From positions 5,270,001 through 5,334,000 of the forward strand of contig CAIIXF020000001.1 of NCBI GenBank assembly GCA_903813345.2: DNA of 64,000 nucleotides. Direction: 5' to 3'. The translations under genes and the position numbers were made by a program. The notes under the pieces were generated by a model, which was not told the origin of the DNA, did not search any database, and saw only the letters and a program-made list of their open reading frames with translations. This document shows positions 15,401 through 28,973 of the stretch, one piece after another; the first letter of the stretch is position 1, and the number at the start of each line of letters is the position of its first letter. Source of the DNA: Owenia fusiformis. Taxonomy: Eukaryota.

Positions 15401-17042
15401 TCCCCAGGTATCACTAAAAGAACAATAAGCCAAGCAGTGCAAATTACATGCTCAAGTGTTTTCAACAAAAATAGCTTATCCAAGCGCACCTACACTCACA
15501 TAATTCTTTTGAAAGATACGACAGTTTATTGCAGTGGAACCCCTGCGGTGCACTAGCAACGAGCAGACGCGGTTGACACACGCGAGCAGCCGACAAGGCT
15601 GCCACAGCATATTAGCTGTTTAAGTGCGCTTTGATGAAATGCACTAGCCCGCTGGCTTTTCGGGCTTGAAGTTCGATATAGTGAATTTCAAATATAACTA
15701 ATAAGAAATAAATCATCAAAACATTGGAAATATATACATACATTTGGTGGGTTGTTTATGTCAGGGATTGTTATATTTGGAGTAGGGTTGAGGGTTGCCC
15801 CATCACAGCTATCCTCATCCAGGAGAGATACCCCCATGTCTTCTAGTATTGCCTCTGTACTCTCGTCATCAACATCCCATGTAGTCCTCTGTTCATTCTC
15901 ACTAATCTTACGTTTACGTCTTGTTGTCATCCTGACATAAAATGTATATTATTTCATTTATTACTTAAATCTACATGTACAATAAGCCTATACAATTTAT
16001 TTTGCCTATTGCCTAATTTCTGCCAGGTTCGGAAAATTGAATGTTGGAGATATTACCTTTATAATGTCATTCAATGAGGGGTTTCTTGTCATAAGGAAAA
16101 TGATAAAATTTGACCATTCACCAAATTAACCACTTGGATTAAATACCACTTATACAGTATGTCATCAACTCAGGAATGCAACTAGCTACAGAATAATATG
16201 TTGTCAAGATGTCACAATTATACATTTAGGCATTTTTGCATGTTCTGAATTTTCTTGGAGCCGTACTATCAACTTGCCTACGATGCACTGAATACTAGTT
16301 TAATAACATAAACAGACAATTATATGAATATATATAAATTATATGAATATATGAAAAGAATATGATATCTCGCTACACGTTTAGTAGCTTTAGCGAAATC
16401 CTATTATAATAATTTTGTTTCTTGGTGTTCATATAGATTTGCATAACGACCAGAGGAACGGGTTCCAACGAAGTTGAAATTGCTTGCACTGTTGGACATT
16501 ATACTTATAGAACGAAGGATTTACGATAATTAAGAACTCAAGAATTACATTTTCAACTGTATAAATGAGACAGGAAATAAGTGGGCTGGTCAAATAAAGG
16601 GTAGGTCTCCAACTAACATCATAATTTTAACATTTATGAGTGCCAAATTCTGCGACAATCTATTCAATGGTATGCGAGATGTCCCTAGAGTAGGACTAGG
16701 GACATCTTGAAGTCTAGAAAAATCAAGTGCATATATTTTAAGAAGAAAGGTATGGTGAAGAAGATGTTAGGCCATAAGGTTGCTTATACTCTTAGTACAG
16801 GGATTTTTGATTTGTTTGGCGGTATTTTTCGTTCCTGGCCTGGCTGGATATTTCATTTTTACTCAGCAGCACTATTCTAACACCATTTGTTAAGTTTTCT
16901 GATGAATCGATTATCACATGTGTACATCGAGTAAATGCCTCTATACTTACTTAGTTTTAGATTTACCAATTGCTCGTTCAATCGAGATTGAGGAATTATT
17001 CTTCTCTTTAGTAGTCAAAATATTCTTCGATTTTGCCGCCAT
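9481..17042 (-). CDS. SKP2: S-phase kinase-associated protein 2 (F-box/LRR protein), 11 exons, 472 aa
   Basis: Exons (minus): 16951-17042, 15742-15931, 14854-14995, 14130-14238, 13056-13170, 12452-12501, 12114-12248, 11394-11492, 11155-11282, 10594-10756, 9481-9676. All introns are GT-AG with consistent phases; total 1419 nt. F-box (PFNILSDEMVLSIFKWIPKSMLAKNARVCKRWNRLAFDESLW), LRRs (VQYLDLS, LKKLSLE, LNLAMCSGIT, LESLNLAW, TKLNISG, LKELDLSD) and the Skp2-type C-terminus INKFPFSSIARPTTG..VW. Exon 1 is less certain than the rest. Confidence 0.93.
10190..10570 (+). mobile_element. Helentron/HINE-like element (same family as 62854-63940) in the last SKP2 intron
   Basis: CTAGACAACAGCAAC...GTAGCAAATCCCATTGAA...two ~120-bp tandem units...GACAGACAGACGGATGG...GGGAT|AA. 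Confidence 0.7.
13266..13499. mobile_element. PIF/Harbinger-like MITE in a SKP2 intron
   Basis: GGTTTGTGTAAAAAACTGG...CCAGTTTTTTACACAAACCCC|TAA. Confidence 0.7.
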
Positions 17043-18085
17043 TCCAACAAACTCTCGCGGGTTCACGCTCTCGTCATTTCTCGATAGCTTACATGTACCT
17101 TCACCTTAAAATTTCGTAAGTTTTTAATTTCCTTTTATATCACTGGTATGTAGATCAGTTTTTTGTAGTAAAATGACATAGAGATTTTGATGTAATCATC
17201 TGAGTTAATATGAAAGAAAATTCCATGCAATTCTATGTATAGAGTTAGAGTAGCCTTACACTTTATTGTGGCATTTTTCAACTCGCAGGATATAGCCTAT
17301 TATCGCCCACCGGGTGCCCATCACGGTGTAAAAGGCCAGGGTAGGAGATCAAATTATGCTCATACTCTTCATTGATTTATATGGTGACCCCTTTCCCTAA
17401 TTATCTTATACACAATCAGTGCTAGAAAGGGCCGTTAACAAAGGGGACCATACACCTCATTACAGGGGGAACCTTCTTTTTGCTCCATTGAGATACATTG
17501 ACCACAGCTGGTCTCTGGGTAATAAGAGTGTGGGTGGTGTCCGCCCTGCAAACAGATAAATCAAATGTATCTGTTTGCATGGTTATCGCATCCTACGACC
17601 CCTTTAGATTGTGGTCGTACGCCCGATTCATTGGTAAGCCTGTCTTTCTACAATGTCGGAGAATGAACTACGCATTGCACTATTAAATGACCTACCTCGA
17701 TACATTCCAGAGTATTTTAGAATTCTTTTTATGTTGTTAGATAGATCGCCAATTGTATGGGATTATTGGCAGAACGAAGATATTTTCGTTTTTGATAGTA
17801 ATATTTGCGTGTAATATTTAACTTATTTCAACCGTCAAATTCCTCCATTCAGTTCCCGGCATGCACCAGTCATAAGGGAAATCCCTGGGGAATTCCCCTT
17901 CCAACATTTTGAAAATTGCTGACATATTTCTGATGTAAAAACTAAAATCTCTTCGTTCTGCTGATAAACCCATACAATTGACGATCTAACAACATAAAAA
18001 GAATTCTAAAATACTCTGGAATGTATCGAGGTAGGTCATTTAATAGTGCAATGCGTAGTTCATTCTCCGACATTGTAGAAAGACA
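17043..18085. promoter_or_regulatory. Candidate divergent promoter region of SKP2 / HCCS
   Basis: Lies between head-to-head genes and is CpG-richer. Contains an E2F-like TCTCGCGG near 17053, GC box CCGCCC near 17541, ZNF143/STAF-like TTCCCGGCATGCA near 17853, and kappaB-like GGGAAATCCC (17876-17885) and GGGGAATTCCCC (17887-17898). Candidate 5'UTR donors at 17634 (GTAAGC) and 18031 (GTAGGT). Confidence 0.55.
17641..18085. repeat. Long inverted repeat (102-bp perfect arms, about 150 bp imperfect) enclosing a promoter-like core
   Basis: 17641-17742 is the exact reverse complement of 17984-18085; similarity continues imperfectly inward to about 17795/17935. Confidence 0.95.
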
Positions 18086-20314
18086 TGTGACGTCAGAATT
18101 CCAATGATGTTTTAACACATAAAAGCCTGGATCAAGTGAAAAATATATGCCTTATTAAAAGTTAAATTACTGCGTCCAAGGGTTATTTACTCAAACCAAA
18201 CAAGTAGAAATAGAAAGATGCAGATCTCAGCTCTAAATTAAGTGCAAAATCTGTCACGGGGAAGAAGGTACAATTTTTTATAAGGAACGTTTTGAAAGGT
18301 GGTCAGTTCTGGTCACTGACGCATGAGATCCTACTACAAAACGATCTGGCCAACATCTTTGATAAATGTATAAAAAACAAGAAAATTCAGAGAAAAATTT
18401 CAGAAAATTTTCTTACTGAATTTTCTTGTTTTTTTATACACTTTACAAAACAAATCTTCTTTTTGTGAAGGGTTAAACCTATACTTTATGTTTTTTGAAA
18501 TGCAAATGAGATGTAAATGAGTATCATTGTGATGTCATAATTCAAGATGGCGCATATGGATTTTTTTACAAAATGGAATTATTTTGGCATTTCATTTTTT
18601 ATTCAAAAATCTGATTTGATAGAATTATAGATCTTTTTAAATGCTGATTTCAGTGGTATGTGTACGATGGCATAACTCTTGCAAATACATTTTTTAGAGC
18701 ATCGAGACTGAAAATTCCCAGAAAATCCCTATGCCGATTTAACATGGAATTTTTTCGTTTTCACTATTTTTTGCGCCTTTCAAGCTTCAGACCCCTGTAA
18801 CTACGTAAATTCTTAACGAAAAGTCATGAACTTATTTTTAAAATGTTAGTGCAGACTTCAAGATTAGAGAGATTGATAAATCATAAAATCATGCATTTTT
18901 ATCATCAGGGGTACCTTGGAGACCGCTTAGAACAAAATTGTCACTATAACAACGATTTTGCTTTATTGCTATTTATTGTTAAGGGGTTTTAATAAACTGC
19001 AAGAATAATGCATTTTCTGAAAGTACGGACCAGTAGGAATATCCTAAAAAAAGATAGTCTGAATCCAACAATTTTGTGCAAAGTTACAGGCACCTGAATC
19101 TGCCATATTCCGAAAAGAATTGAAAACTATAAAATCTGATGTTAGATCCTCATAGGGGTTTTCGGTCTCGATAACGAAATGTTGTGATGTAAGCAAGTAT
19201 CTACTTACCAGTATGTTCTATGTCATCTATCAGACTATGTTACATTGTGAAACTCTGTTCGTTCGTCCGTTGTTTTTCTGGATGATAACTCAAATACCGG
19301 TTGTTGGATTAGATTCAAATTTTATAGGGTTATGCCTTATGGTTGTAGGACCTAAGCTCGAGAAAGAATTTGAATATGGCCGCTTAACTTAAAATGGCTG
19401 CCATTTTTCGTAAAAATGTAATCTTTAATATCTCAAATATCAGTGGGGGAATTTGGTTTAAATTGTATATGGTATGCTGATGCGGATTGATATTGGTGAA
19501 CTTTTTGAACACAAGTATCTCTTTATTCCAATCATCAAAACATTCTGAAAATTTTACACGCCGTCAATTTCATCTTTTGGATGGTAACATTATAATTTGA
19601 AATATGGATATACTATTCTCTACATTGTTTTAGAAAATATATCAGACACTTCTTTTGTTCTTGGTATCATATGCTCGGAATGAAATGAAACATCTTTCAG
19701 AACATCATTGGAACAAAATGACATAAACACAACTTGTTAATATGTCTCTCAATATTGTAATTGCAAGTTTGGTTGATTTTAAAGAGTACTGTATCTTACT
19801 GAAATAAATGATTTATCTTAATTTTTATCTATTTTGGGGTTTTTTGTTTTTTTGAATACTTTTTTTTAAACCAACCAAAATTTCCTTTGTATAACTATAA
19901 TATTGAAAGGTCTAAGTAAATGTTGCTATATGTTCCAACAAACTTCGGAAAGATATTTTATTTCATTCTCAAGAATTAGTAGAAAGGAACAAAAATCAAT
20001 TGCACTAAAAAATGAAAAATGTTAACAAAAATAGTTATACAAAACATATATAAATAAACTTTTTGCACCCATCATGAAATTATGAGGCCACTAAGTTTGA
20101 AGGTGGTGACATAATGCCCTGTCTATGTAAACAACAACACCATGTAACCCCACCATTACCCACAGCACTATTAATTTATATCATGTTATATTCTAAAAGA
20201 TTTGATTTGATTCAATGGAATTTCTTTTTGTTCAGTGGGATTTGCTACTCTGGGGAATTGCTACATTCTCATTGAGTTAATAAGCTCATTTTATTTTCAT
20301 GAATTTTTAAGGAG

Positions 20315-23300
20315 ATGGGTGCTGGAACATCAACTGAAGCTGCTTTAACATTGGCCAATACCAACGATGTAACAGAGACAGGTAAAGCAAGTAACAACTG
20401 GGCAAAGATGGCTCCTGGACCAACTAAGCCTACTCATAGACAGCAGTCACAGTTTGATATAAAAGACATACCCAGTGAGTGTCCCATGCACCAGTCCCAG
20501 GAGGCAGTAGCAGTTCCAGCTCAGAGATTCCCAAGTGAATGTCCTATGCATCAGGCTGAACTTGGGGCTGGAGATGCTCCCAATCTTGATCCTACCAACA
20601 TGGTGAGTAATATATGAGTAAATTGGCTTGTGCAACAAATAATCCTAAAAAATAAGGGAGTCGGTTATTATTCCATTGAACGAAATTCGGAGGGATATAG
20701 GGAACGCCTCCGTCCATCTGTACGTCCGTCCATCCAGGCAGTAACTCAAATACTGTTAGCCAGATTTTGTTCATATTTTGTACATATATACCCTATGGGG
20801 GTAGAAGTTCTGCTCGAAAGCTGATTTTCAAAATGGTCACTCATTTTTATTTTAGTGCCGATTTTACGATTTTTGCTGTAAGTTGAAAAGTAGTAGAGCG
20901 ATTTTGTTTATATATTTGGTATGTGAATACTATAAACATGCCACACTGTCTAATGACACTTTTGGTAGAAGGCAGCCATTTTGAAAATGGCCGCCATTTT
21001 AACATATTTTACTGTAACTCGAAAAGTAGTGGAGCAATTATGTTCATATTTGGTATTTGAATACTATAAGCATGGCATATGTCTAATGACACTTTTGGTA
21101 GAAGGTGGCCATTTTTAAGATGAACATTTTCTTATAAGATGTAAAAAATATGAAATACTTAAAGAATGTTTGTACTAAGAATTAAAAGAAATTATTCCTA
21201 GTTTTGATTGTGATGACCCATATATTTTTAAAAGGTTAATGGCCTGAACACTTAACTGTTCAGTTACACATTGGAAAATTTATATATCATAGTTTCAGAA
21301 TTTAGATTAATATGTTTAGTAGTGTACATCACACTGTATAATAATTATTTTTATAGTTAGAATAGTTGTAGTAGTAGTTTGTCGTGATTTAGTGACCAAT
21401 GAATCATGTAACTGATATAAAATGTCAATAAAAGACATAATAATAATACTAAATACCTTACCTTCAGATGGAACCTCCCAACCAAAGGCCTGCCCCTGAT
21501 CAACCATTTCCTCTTTCCACTGACAGGATCAAATCGTCCATACCAAAGGCAGATAAAGAGGGAGAAAAATGGGTATATCCCTCTCCTCAGATGTTCTGGA
21601 ATGCAATGCTCAGGAAAGGTAAGACAATGTTGGTAGATTTATACAATTTGAAATGCAATAACTATCCCATTTAAGTTTTAACATATGAATTTTAAAATGT
21701 ATAAAGTCCGATGTGATGTATAAATCCCCAAAGAGGCAATGGAATCAAGGTCATACCATAAATTAAGTAATCGGACATATAGAAACAAAAGATACTGGTC
21801 AATTGTAAGTAGTCTTTTAAGAAAATCTAAAAACAGTAAAATACCACTTCTCTATGCTTTTAGATGTAATAGTTATCTTGCAAAATTCACTTTTGGACCA
21901 TTTTCTTTAAAACCTGTGTCGATGGCCGCCATTGTCTCGCGAAATTCACTTTTGGCCCATTTCCTGATTTTACATATAATTTCAGGTGTCCTGCATTGTA
22001 AAAAGCCATGTCACTGTACACACTGCCAACATGAATGGTATTGGAAAACCAGGTATTAATTATTGGCAGTGTGTACACAACATAGACATTATTCATTAGA
22101 TATAGCATCCACATGAAAATAAAAAACAATGAAAAATAGATTTAGGCTATTAGGCTTATTTCCTGGTTTTTAATATCCCAATGAATGAAGTCCATCGGAA
22201 GTTCAGTTTGTCCATCTATAAGTCAGTCCGTCGAATACTTGTGGATAGATTTTCTCCAAAAGGGGTCAAACCAGACCAAGATTTAAACCCTAATTCATGT
22301 TTATCTTGACCAAATAAATAAGCTTGGTTTAAAATATTAGATTCTGTTAGTTTCAGAAGTCTTAACAAGTACTTTATGATAGAAAATTCAATTGAATAGA
22401 TTTGAAAAAGGACAAATGCACTTCTAGATTATAGATGCAGATTCAAATGCAAATACTGTAGTCATCTTAGCTTTTTGTGTACTATACAGTATATGTACTG
22501 AACCCTTTCCACCTCTCCTGTCTCAGAAATTTCCCTCTGTCTGTCTACTTGAAGGGTGGCGCTGGAAGGATGATGACTTGAATCCAAATGATATGGCCCA
22601 CATCATAAATATTCACAATGCAAACAATGAACAGGCCTGGCAGGAAGTACTCAAGTGGGAAGCTTTACATGCAAAGTATGTATATGATGATTAATAAATG
22701 AATAAAGGACCAGGTTTAGTATGGCAAGAGATTTTAGATGCTCATATCTTTCACCATGAGCATTTTCTCAATTCAAATATGACATTTCCCATTAACACAA
22801 TATGTTATCTTTCAAGTAAATTCTCAAACAATTCGAAAAATTATGAATAGGGACCCCGTATCAACATTTATTTTAAAATATGGAACCTATTTACTCGAAA
22901 GAGGATCTTATTTTTCTGATTTTTATTGCACAAAAAGATTATTGAACAAGAGGTCTAGAACTCCTACAAAAGTAGAATGGATTGAAAGTCAAGTTTAAGA
23001 AATACCAATTTTCGATGACCAAAATTATGCTGAAAAAAAAGGATAGCATACAAAGGATGGAGTTTTTCCTATGGGAAAATAACATGGGATATGTGGTTTA
23101 ATTTTATCTCTTTTCAATCCCAATCCCCTTTTCAGAAGTTGTTAACATAGTGTAGAATAAACTTTTGATTTATTTAAATTGAGAAAAACAAGATCATCTT
23201 TTAATAAGATAAGCCTAACATTTTTAAAAAAGCGACAACTTGGGTTCATAATCCATACTTTTTCAGAATATTGGTTGATATTTTTATGATCATGGGGACC

Positions 23301-26300
23301 TCACTTAAAAAAACATATTGTCTAAAAACACTGTATTTATGGCCAGAAATACTCATGATGAATGATATGACTGTCCAAAATCACTTGCCATACTAAATCT
23401 GGGCTTTTGAATTTGTATATGATAATATTCAAAATGGTGAGTAATTATCCCAATGAACAAAGTTCGGTAGGGATATATTGAAGCTGTCCGTCCGTCAGTC
23501 AGTTCGTCCGTAGGTCAGTCCATCTGCTTAAATTGGCCAAACACGGGACACATTGGTATGATATGGAACATTGGTGAGGTATACCACATGGCTAAGAATA
23601 AATAAATGCCAAATAAGAACAAAGAATTAAAAGAATAAAGATATTCTCAAGCTAACAATACAAGCAGCAACCTAGACATCTGTCTGTCTGCACAATAACT
23701 CATATATTAGTGGATAGTTTTGCTTCAAAATTGGTAGAAAGATGTATATTGGTGAATAGTTGTATGCAAAATTTTTTTTTCAAGATGGCTACTGCTTTAG
23801 AAATGGCGGGAATATTTGGCGAAAATCTTTAGTTTTTCATTTTGAACCAAAGATCTCTTCAAAGTATGGCTATATTATACTCAAATTGAAGGAAATATGG
23901 GTTGGATCACAATTATCGTATTGTTTTTCTGATTTGTGCCTCAGAAAATTCAAAATGGCTGCTTAACACAAATCCGCTGTTACTTAGAGATTTTTTTGAA
24001 GTATGTTGACATACTTTATTAGATATAAAATATATTGTTTTTATTATTTGTGGCTTTGAAAAAACGGTGTAAATTCTGATATATCTCTTATGTACTGTAC
24101 TCTTATGTAGTATGTATATATCTACCGATTATATTTCAAGGGAAGAGTAGATGTAAATATTACATTGTGACAAATACAGATTCATTTATGTTAAAGTGTT
24201 CATTGGGATATGCTACTCCGTGGAGTTGATATTCATGTTATATTTTATCACAGGGCCGTAGAGAGAGGGTGTTCGGAGGGTTCGTGCGAACCCCCCAAAT
24301 TTTGAGTTAATTTTTTGCAGTGTATCAGTAATTTATCGTTTTTTGATTACCTTAGATATTCGAGGTACACTATATATATAGATGGAAATGAATGAGATGT
24401 ATACTTTATCCTGAGTAAAATGACTGGTGAGAATACAGAAAAATGATCTATTTTGAGATGGTGATAATAGGTTTGCACTTTTAGGCTGTTCTTATAACAC
24501 ACAGTTAACCCCTTTAAAGGAATAAGTGATTTCTTTTAGACAAAGTGGAAAACAATATTTTTCATGTTATTTTCCCATAGGGAAAACTCATGCGATCCAT
24601 TGCTTTCAGCTAATATCTTTAGAACCCCCGAAGGAATCACTTATTCAAAACACAACACATTGATACAAGAAAAATTAATAAAAAAGCAGGAGTAGAATGG
24701 GTTGAAAATCAGGAAAACATTTCAGAAAAAAACATGTGGGTGGGTTGTTTGAATCTTCCCTATCTCCAAGTCGAAATTATTTTATCATCTCTATGAGTGC
24801 TTTTCCTAGGGATAATGCATTTGCCTTACATATGCACCTGTTAAATCCTCAGAAAATAGCCAAAGTCCAACATTTGACTGTCCAAAATCTCTTTTGGCAA
24901 AGTTTAAGCAAATTTGGCAAAATTTAATCAAATAAGGCAGAGATTAAGCAAATTTGAAAAGGTTTTCACCAAATTCACCATTATTTTGCCAAAAAATTTC
25001 GAACCCCCTCCTGTCAAATCCTAGCTACGCCACTGTATCATAATACGTTATGCTATTACAGGGAATGTAGCAACCCAAGACTGAGAAAGTTTGGAGGCAA
25101 AGCTAAAGAATTCTCACCACGAGCAAGAATTAGAAGTTGGATGGGGTACGTAGACTTATTCTATGTCAAACACTGTACATGTATATTGTTAAAATTCTGA
25201 CCCACTTGAAGTGTTATTTGGCCTCAATCGCAATGTTTGGTAACTTTTTTATGTCCCCACCACATAGTGTGGGGCCATATTGTCAGCCTAGGCGTGTCTG
25301 TGTGCATGTATGTCCTACATCTGTATGCAAATTTTCAGGGACCTACTTCCTGTCGACCATTTTGAAGTCAAATGCTGAAATCCTTGTCTGCAGACTTTAA
25401 GAAAATCGGCTTCTCAGTTACTTTTAAAACTATAACATCTTCTTTAACCTTTAGCATGCTGCCGGCGAGTGGAGTCGCCTGTGCTTTACTATCTCAAGTG
25501 ACTGCCGGAGACTCCGGTCGACACACTGTTTAAACTTTAAAAAACTTTACTTTTTCGTGCATTCTTATTATCCAATAAGATTGCTTGTTTTATTCAGTGC
25601 CATACTTGACTTCTGGGTGACCTAGAAATGGCAATATTTTGAAAAGAAATTGTCTATTTAACAATTTAAATGGCATTTTAGCCGTTTTAAGTAGAGAAAT
25701 CAAACAAAATGGCATCTAAATATGATCATAATAAAAATGTGGAGGATATGGACTGCTATTTTGAGCTCTTGAGGCTTTTGGAAGCTGATAATGGACATCG
25801 AAAATAGAAACTAGAATATTTTCTGAATTGATTTAGTCACTCCAAATTCAGTTTTGGATTCTGACTCGATGTTAAGTCTTCCCAGTGGCGTAGTGGTGGT
25901 TTCCGGAGGAGTATTCATAGTAAAGTATGCACAGTTGGGTTAATTCATTAAAAAAATAATTTTTTGATGACTTGTTTAAGAGAAACGTGTGTTCAAAAAG
26001 TTCACCATATCGATACCCATCCTTTCAAAATGGCAACCATGTTTCATAAAACGTAATCTTTGATAATTTAAATACCAGTCAATGGATTTGGCTCAAATTT
26101 TATATGGCTGCTATTTATCAAAACATGTTTTATTCTGTGGGATTTGCTACTCCGTGGAGTTGTTGTTTTTCTAGTTAACATTAATATACTAGTAGCACAT
26201 AAGAGAACATTATTCTGTATTTTTTCAGTTATGAGCTTCCATTTGACAGACATGACTGGATTGTTGACCGTTGTGGCAAAGATGTGCGATACATTATTGA

Positions 26301-26490
26301 CTATTATGATGGTGGGGCAGTAGACACTGACACCAATAGGTTTACGTTACTTGATGTCCGCCCTGCATTAGATTCACCAGGTGCCCTCTGGGATAGAATG
26401 AAAGTAGCATGGATGCGCTGGAAATATAGCAGTGTCGCAGCTGATGACATCGACCCTCACAGTGCCAAACAAAGTGGTGACAAATCTTAA
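20315..26490 (+). CDS. HCCS: Holocytochrome c-type synthase (cytochrome c heme lyase), 5 coding exons, 301 aa
   Basis: Exons 20315-20602, 21468-21618, 22555-22675, 25062-25145, 26229-26490; GT-AG introns, consistent phases, 906 nt. Two CPMH heme-regulatory motifs plus [82 protein letters not shown]-terminal MGxxxS. Confidence 0.96.
22707..23405. mobile_element. Non-autonomous TIR element in an HCCS intron
   Basis: GGACCAGGTTTAGTATGGCAAG...CTTGCCATACTAAATCTGGGC; a left-end copy is at about 55512-55617. Confidence 0.7.
24251..25035. mobile_element. CAG...CTG-terminated non-autonomous element with a 5-bp TSD
   Basis: TATCA|CAGGGCCGTAG...CTACGCCACTG|TATCA; ends 26 bp before HCCS exon 4. Confidence 0.8.
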
Positions 26491-27390
26491 CCATAACTAT
26501 GTGATGACTATTTTACAACTTACATCTAAATGGATAGTATTAAGGAATGAATGTTCAGTTAAAACACCCAAACTGGATACAGTATTATCTAAGTGTAGAC
26601 ACTACTGCACTGATTTAGGAGTTCTGTTGATAGTGTTTGCATAGGAGGTTTGTCTTCAGAAATGTGTTATCACATTAGGGTCGGTCTCAAAAGTGTGACA
26701 ATGCTGCTCATATCACTGGTATTAGATTCACTATTGACAAAAGTCAAAATAGAATATCTTGCTAGGAAGGAGAAAACGTTGTTGACACAAATTTGAAGGT
26801 GCTTTAATGAGGCATGACATGTAAAGTGAAGTGAAATCAGGAATAATGTTTTATTTCTGTAAATATGAAAAAGCATTTAATCCATTCTTTTGGTTGTTTG
26901 TTGAGCAGTCTCTGAGTGTCAGAAAAATATGGTGAACAATATCGCACACTTGACTATTATAAGGGAATAATGTACGATTTCAGTGGCGACGAGTCCATTA
27001 TCCAGAATGGCGATGAAGGTTCTCAGTCAATTTGATAACCCATGCCAGACCATTTCTTTCCTGATATGGTAGCTACATGTAGCTGTTACTATTATATATC
27101 GGGTGTCTCAAAAAATGTACCCAAAAGTAATTCAACAGCACAGATAAACCAATCAATATTTTCAGATCTACTTCAAATGTTCACACATGTTACATGGTAA
27201 GAAGTTGTGGAGCTGATTAACTTATTAGCAGCCATCATGAATTTTGGCAGCCATTTTGGAAGTTTTTAGATAACCCAACTACCAGTGGTATATCAGGAGA
27301 GGAATGGTCTGGAAAGGAATATTGCTTTAAGCAGTAACATGTGATGGGGTTGTTGGAAAAGTCAGTCATACCTGTATTCACATTGTATAA

Positions 27391-27396
27391 AATAAA
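27391..27396 (+). terminator. Candidate HCCS polyadenylation signal AATAAA
   Basis: AATAAA about 900 nt downstream of the HCCS stop, followed by T-rich sequence. Confidence 0.4.
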
Positions 27397-27466
27397 TGTT
27401 ACACTTATTTATTGATAATTGTTATGAAAAACATGAGCATGTTTATTCTATGATGGATTCGAGTTA

Positions 27467-27881
27467 GGGGAGGCATCAAAAGCTCGATGTTGGATAGAAA
27501 ACTAAATAAATCTAGTTAGGGGGGAGGGGGTTCAAACCCATTTCAGTTTGCTATCCGACAAATTTCAACATTTCAAATTTTTGGCAATTTCAACTCAGAA
27601 TGCCTTGAAACGGTTTAAAAATAAAGATTTTACCTGATGCTTTCTTCGTCAAGATCATTCCATTGGATTATATTCTATCAATAGTTGTAAAAAGCGGCAA
27701 ATTACAATAGAAATTAACAAAAACTAGATCGTGTTTAGCAATAATTTTTCAAATTCTCAAACCGGAAGTAAGCGATCAACTTTCACGGTATTTAGTTTTG
27801 GGGGGGGGAGGGGGGGGGGGTCTGAGTCAAAACTAGATTTATTTAGTTTCCGATCCGACATCGAACTTTTGATGCCTCCCC
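27467..27881. mobile_element. PIF/Harbinger-like MITE
   Basis: TIR GGGGAGGCATCAAAAG... / ...CTTTTGATGCCTCCCC, flanked by TTA on both sides (3-bp TSD). Confidence 0.85.
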
Positions 27882-28973
27882 TTATACAATCATGATATTA
27901 GTGCAAGCTAGTTGATAAAATAATGAAATAGAGTGTTTTAATAAAATCAGTATTACCCTTTGGCTTTTCATACTCTCACATCAAAACACATCTAGGTGCT
28001 TACTTATAGGTTTTGATTACACCAGGTTTGTTTCATTGAAATATGTAATGTAAAAAAGAAAGAATCCATACCCATAAGGGTATATTTGGCGAAAATCTTA
28101 AGTAATATTTTTGTTTGAGATTTGGGTAGTATATTCACAACGTCGATCTATTTCACATATGTTCCCAGTTTTTCACTTGACCCTCAGGGGCTGTGTATGG
28201 GGGGGAGGGAAAACAGGAATTTTTGCTAATTTTGAGATCTTTCTGAAGTATAGCTTTATTATACTCAAATGGAAGGCAATTTTGAGTAGATTGCAAAAAT
28301 TGTGTCATTTTTTAATTCAAGTCTCGTAAAATTCGAAATGGCTGCTTAAAATCACGCCCGATGATTGGAAGAAATAAATGGAGGAGGGAGTAGTTGATTA
28401 GTAGTAGCTATGGCAAAGAAAATCAGCTACTCCCCCTCCATTCATTTCTTCCGATCATGTAAATGATATTTCACAATAATTTCCTGATCTCTTCAAGGTA
28501 TGACTATTATCAAGTAACAGGGGTCTACACGACCTGTAATAAATACTTGTAAGTGAAGTTATTATCACAAAACTATTGTCATCGTTAGTTTTGTAAAACA
28601 TGTTACCATATGTTATATAAAAAATAATCAAAACTTATAGAAATTGAATGGAGGGGAAGTGAATGGATCGGGGAGTAATGTGTCTTTAAGACATATGATA
28701 AGAGATGTAACTTGACTTTATTTCCGAAAACTCCATATGTCTCTATTTTTCACTTTTCAGAGTTGTAACATCAAGTTGTTACTGAGTTGCTGAGCTCATT
28801 TTTCAAAAACACAAATTCGCTGAAATTTCTTCCACCATTACTCCCCCACCTCTGTTCACTCCCCCACCTCTGTTCAATTTTAGTTATTTTCAATTATTTT
28901 TTACCTCACGTTTGGAAACTTATTTTAAATAACTGGCAATGACATTAATTTTGTGGTAAAAACGTTGCTTATA

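Noticed and set aside
25444-25960. piggyBac-like left end TTAA-CCTTTAGCATGC in an HCCS intron
   Set aside because: No matching right TIR or TTAA found, so boundaries cannot be supported.
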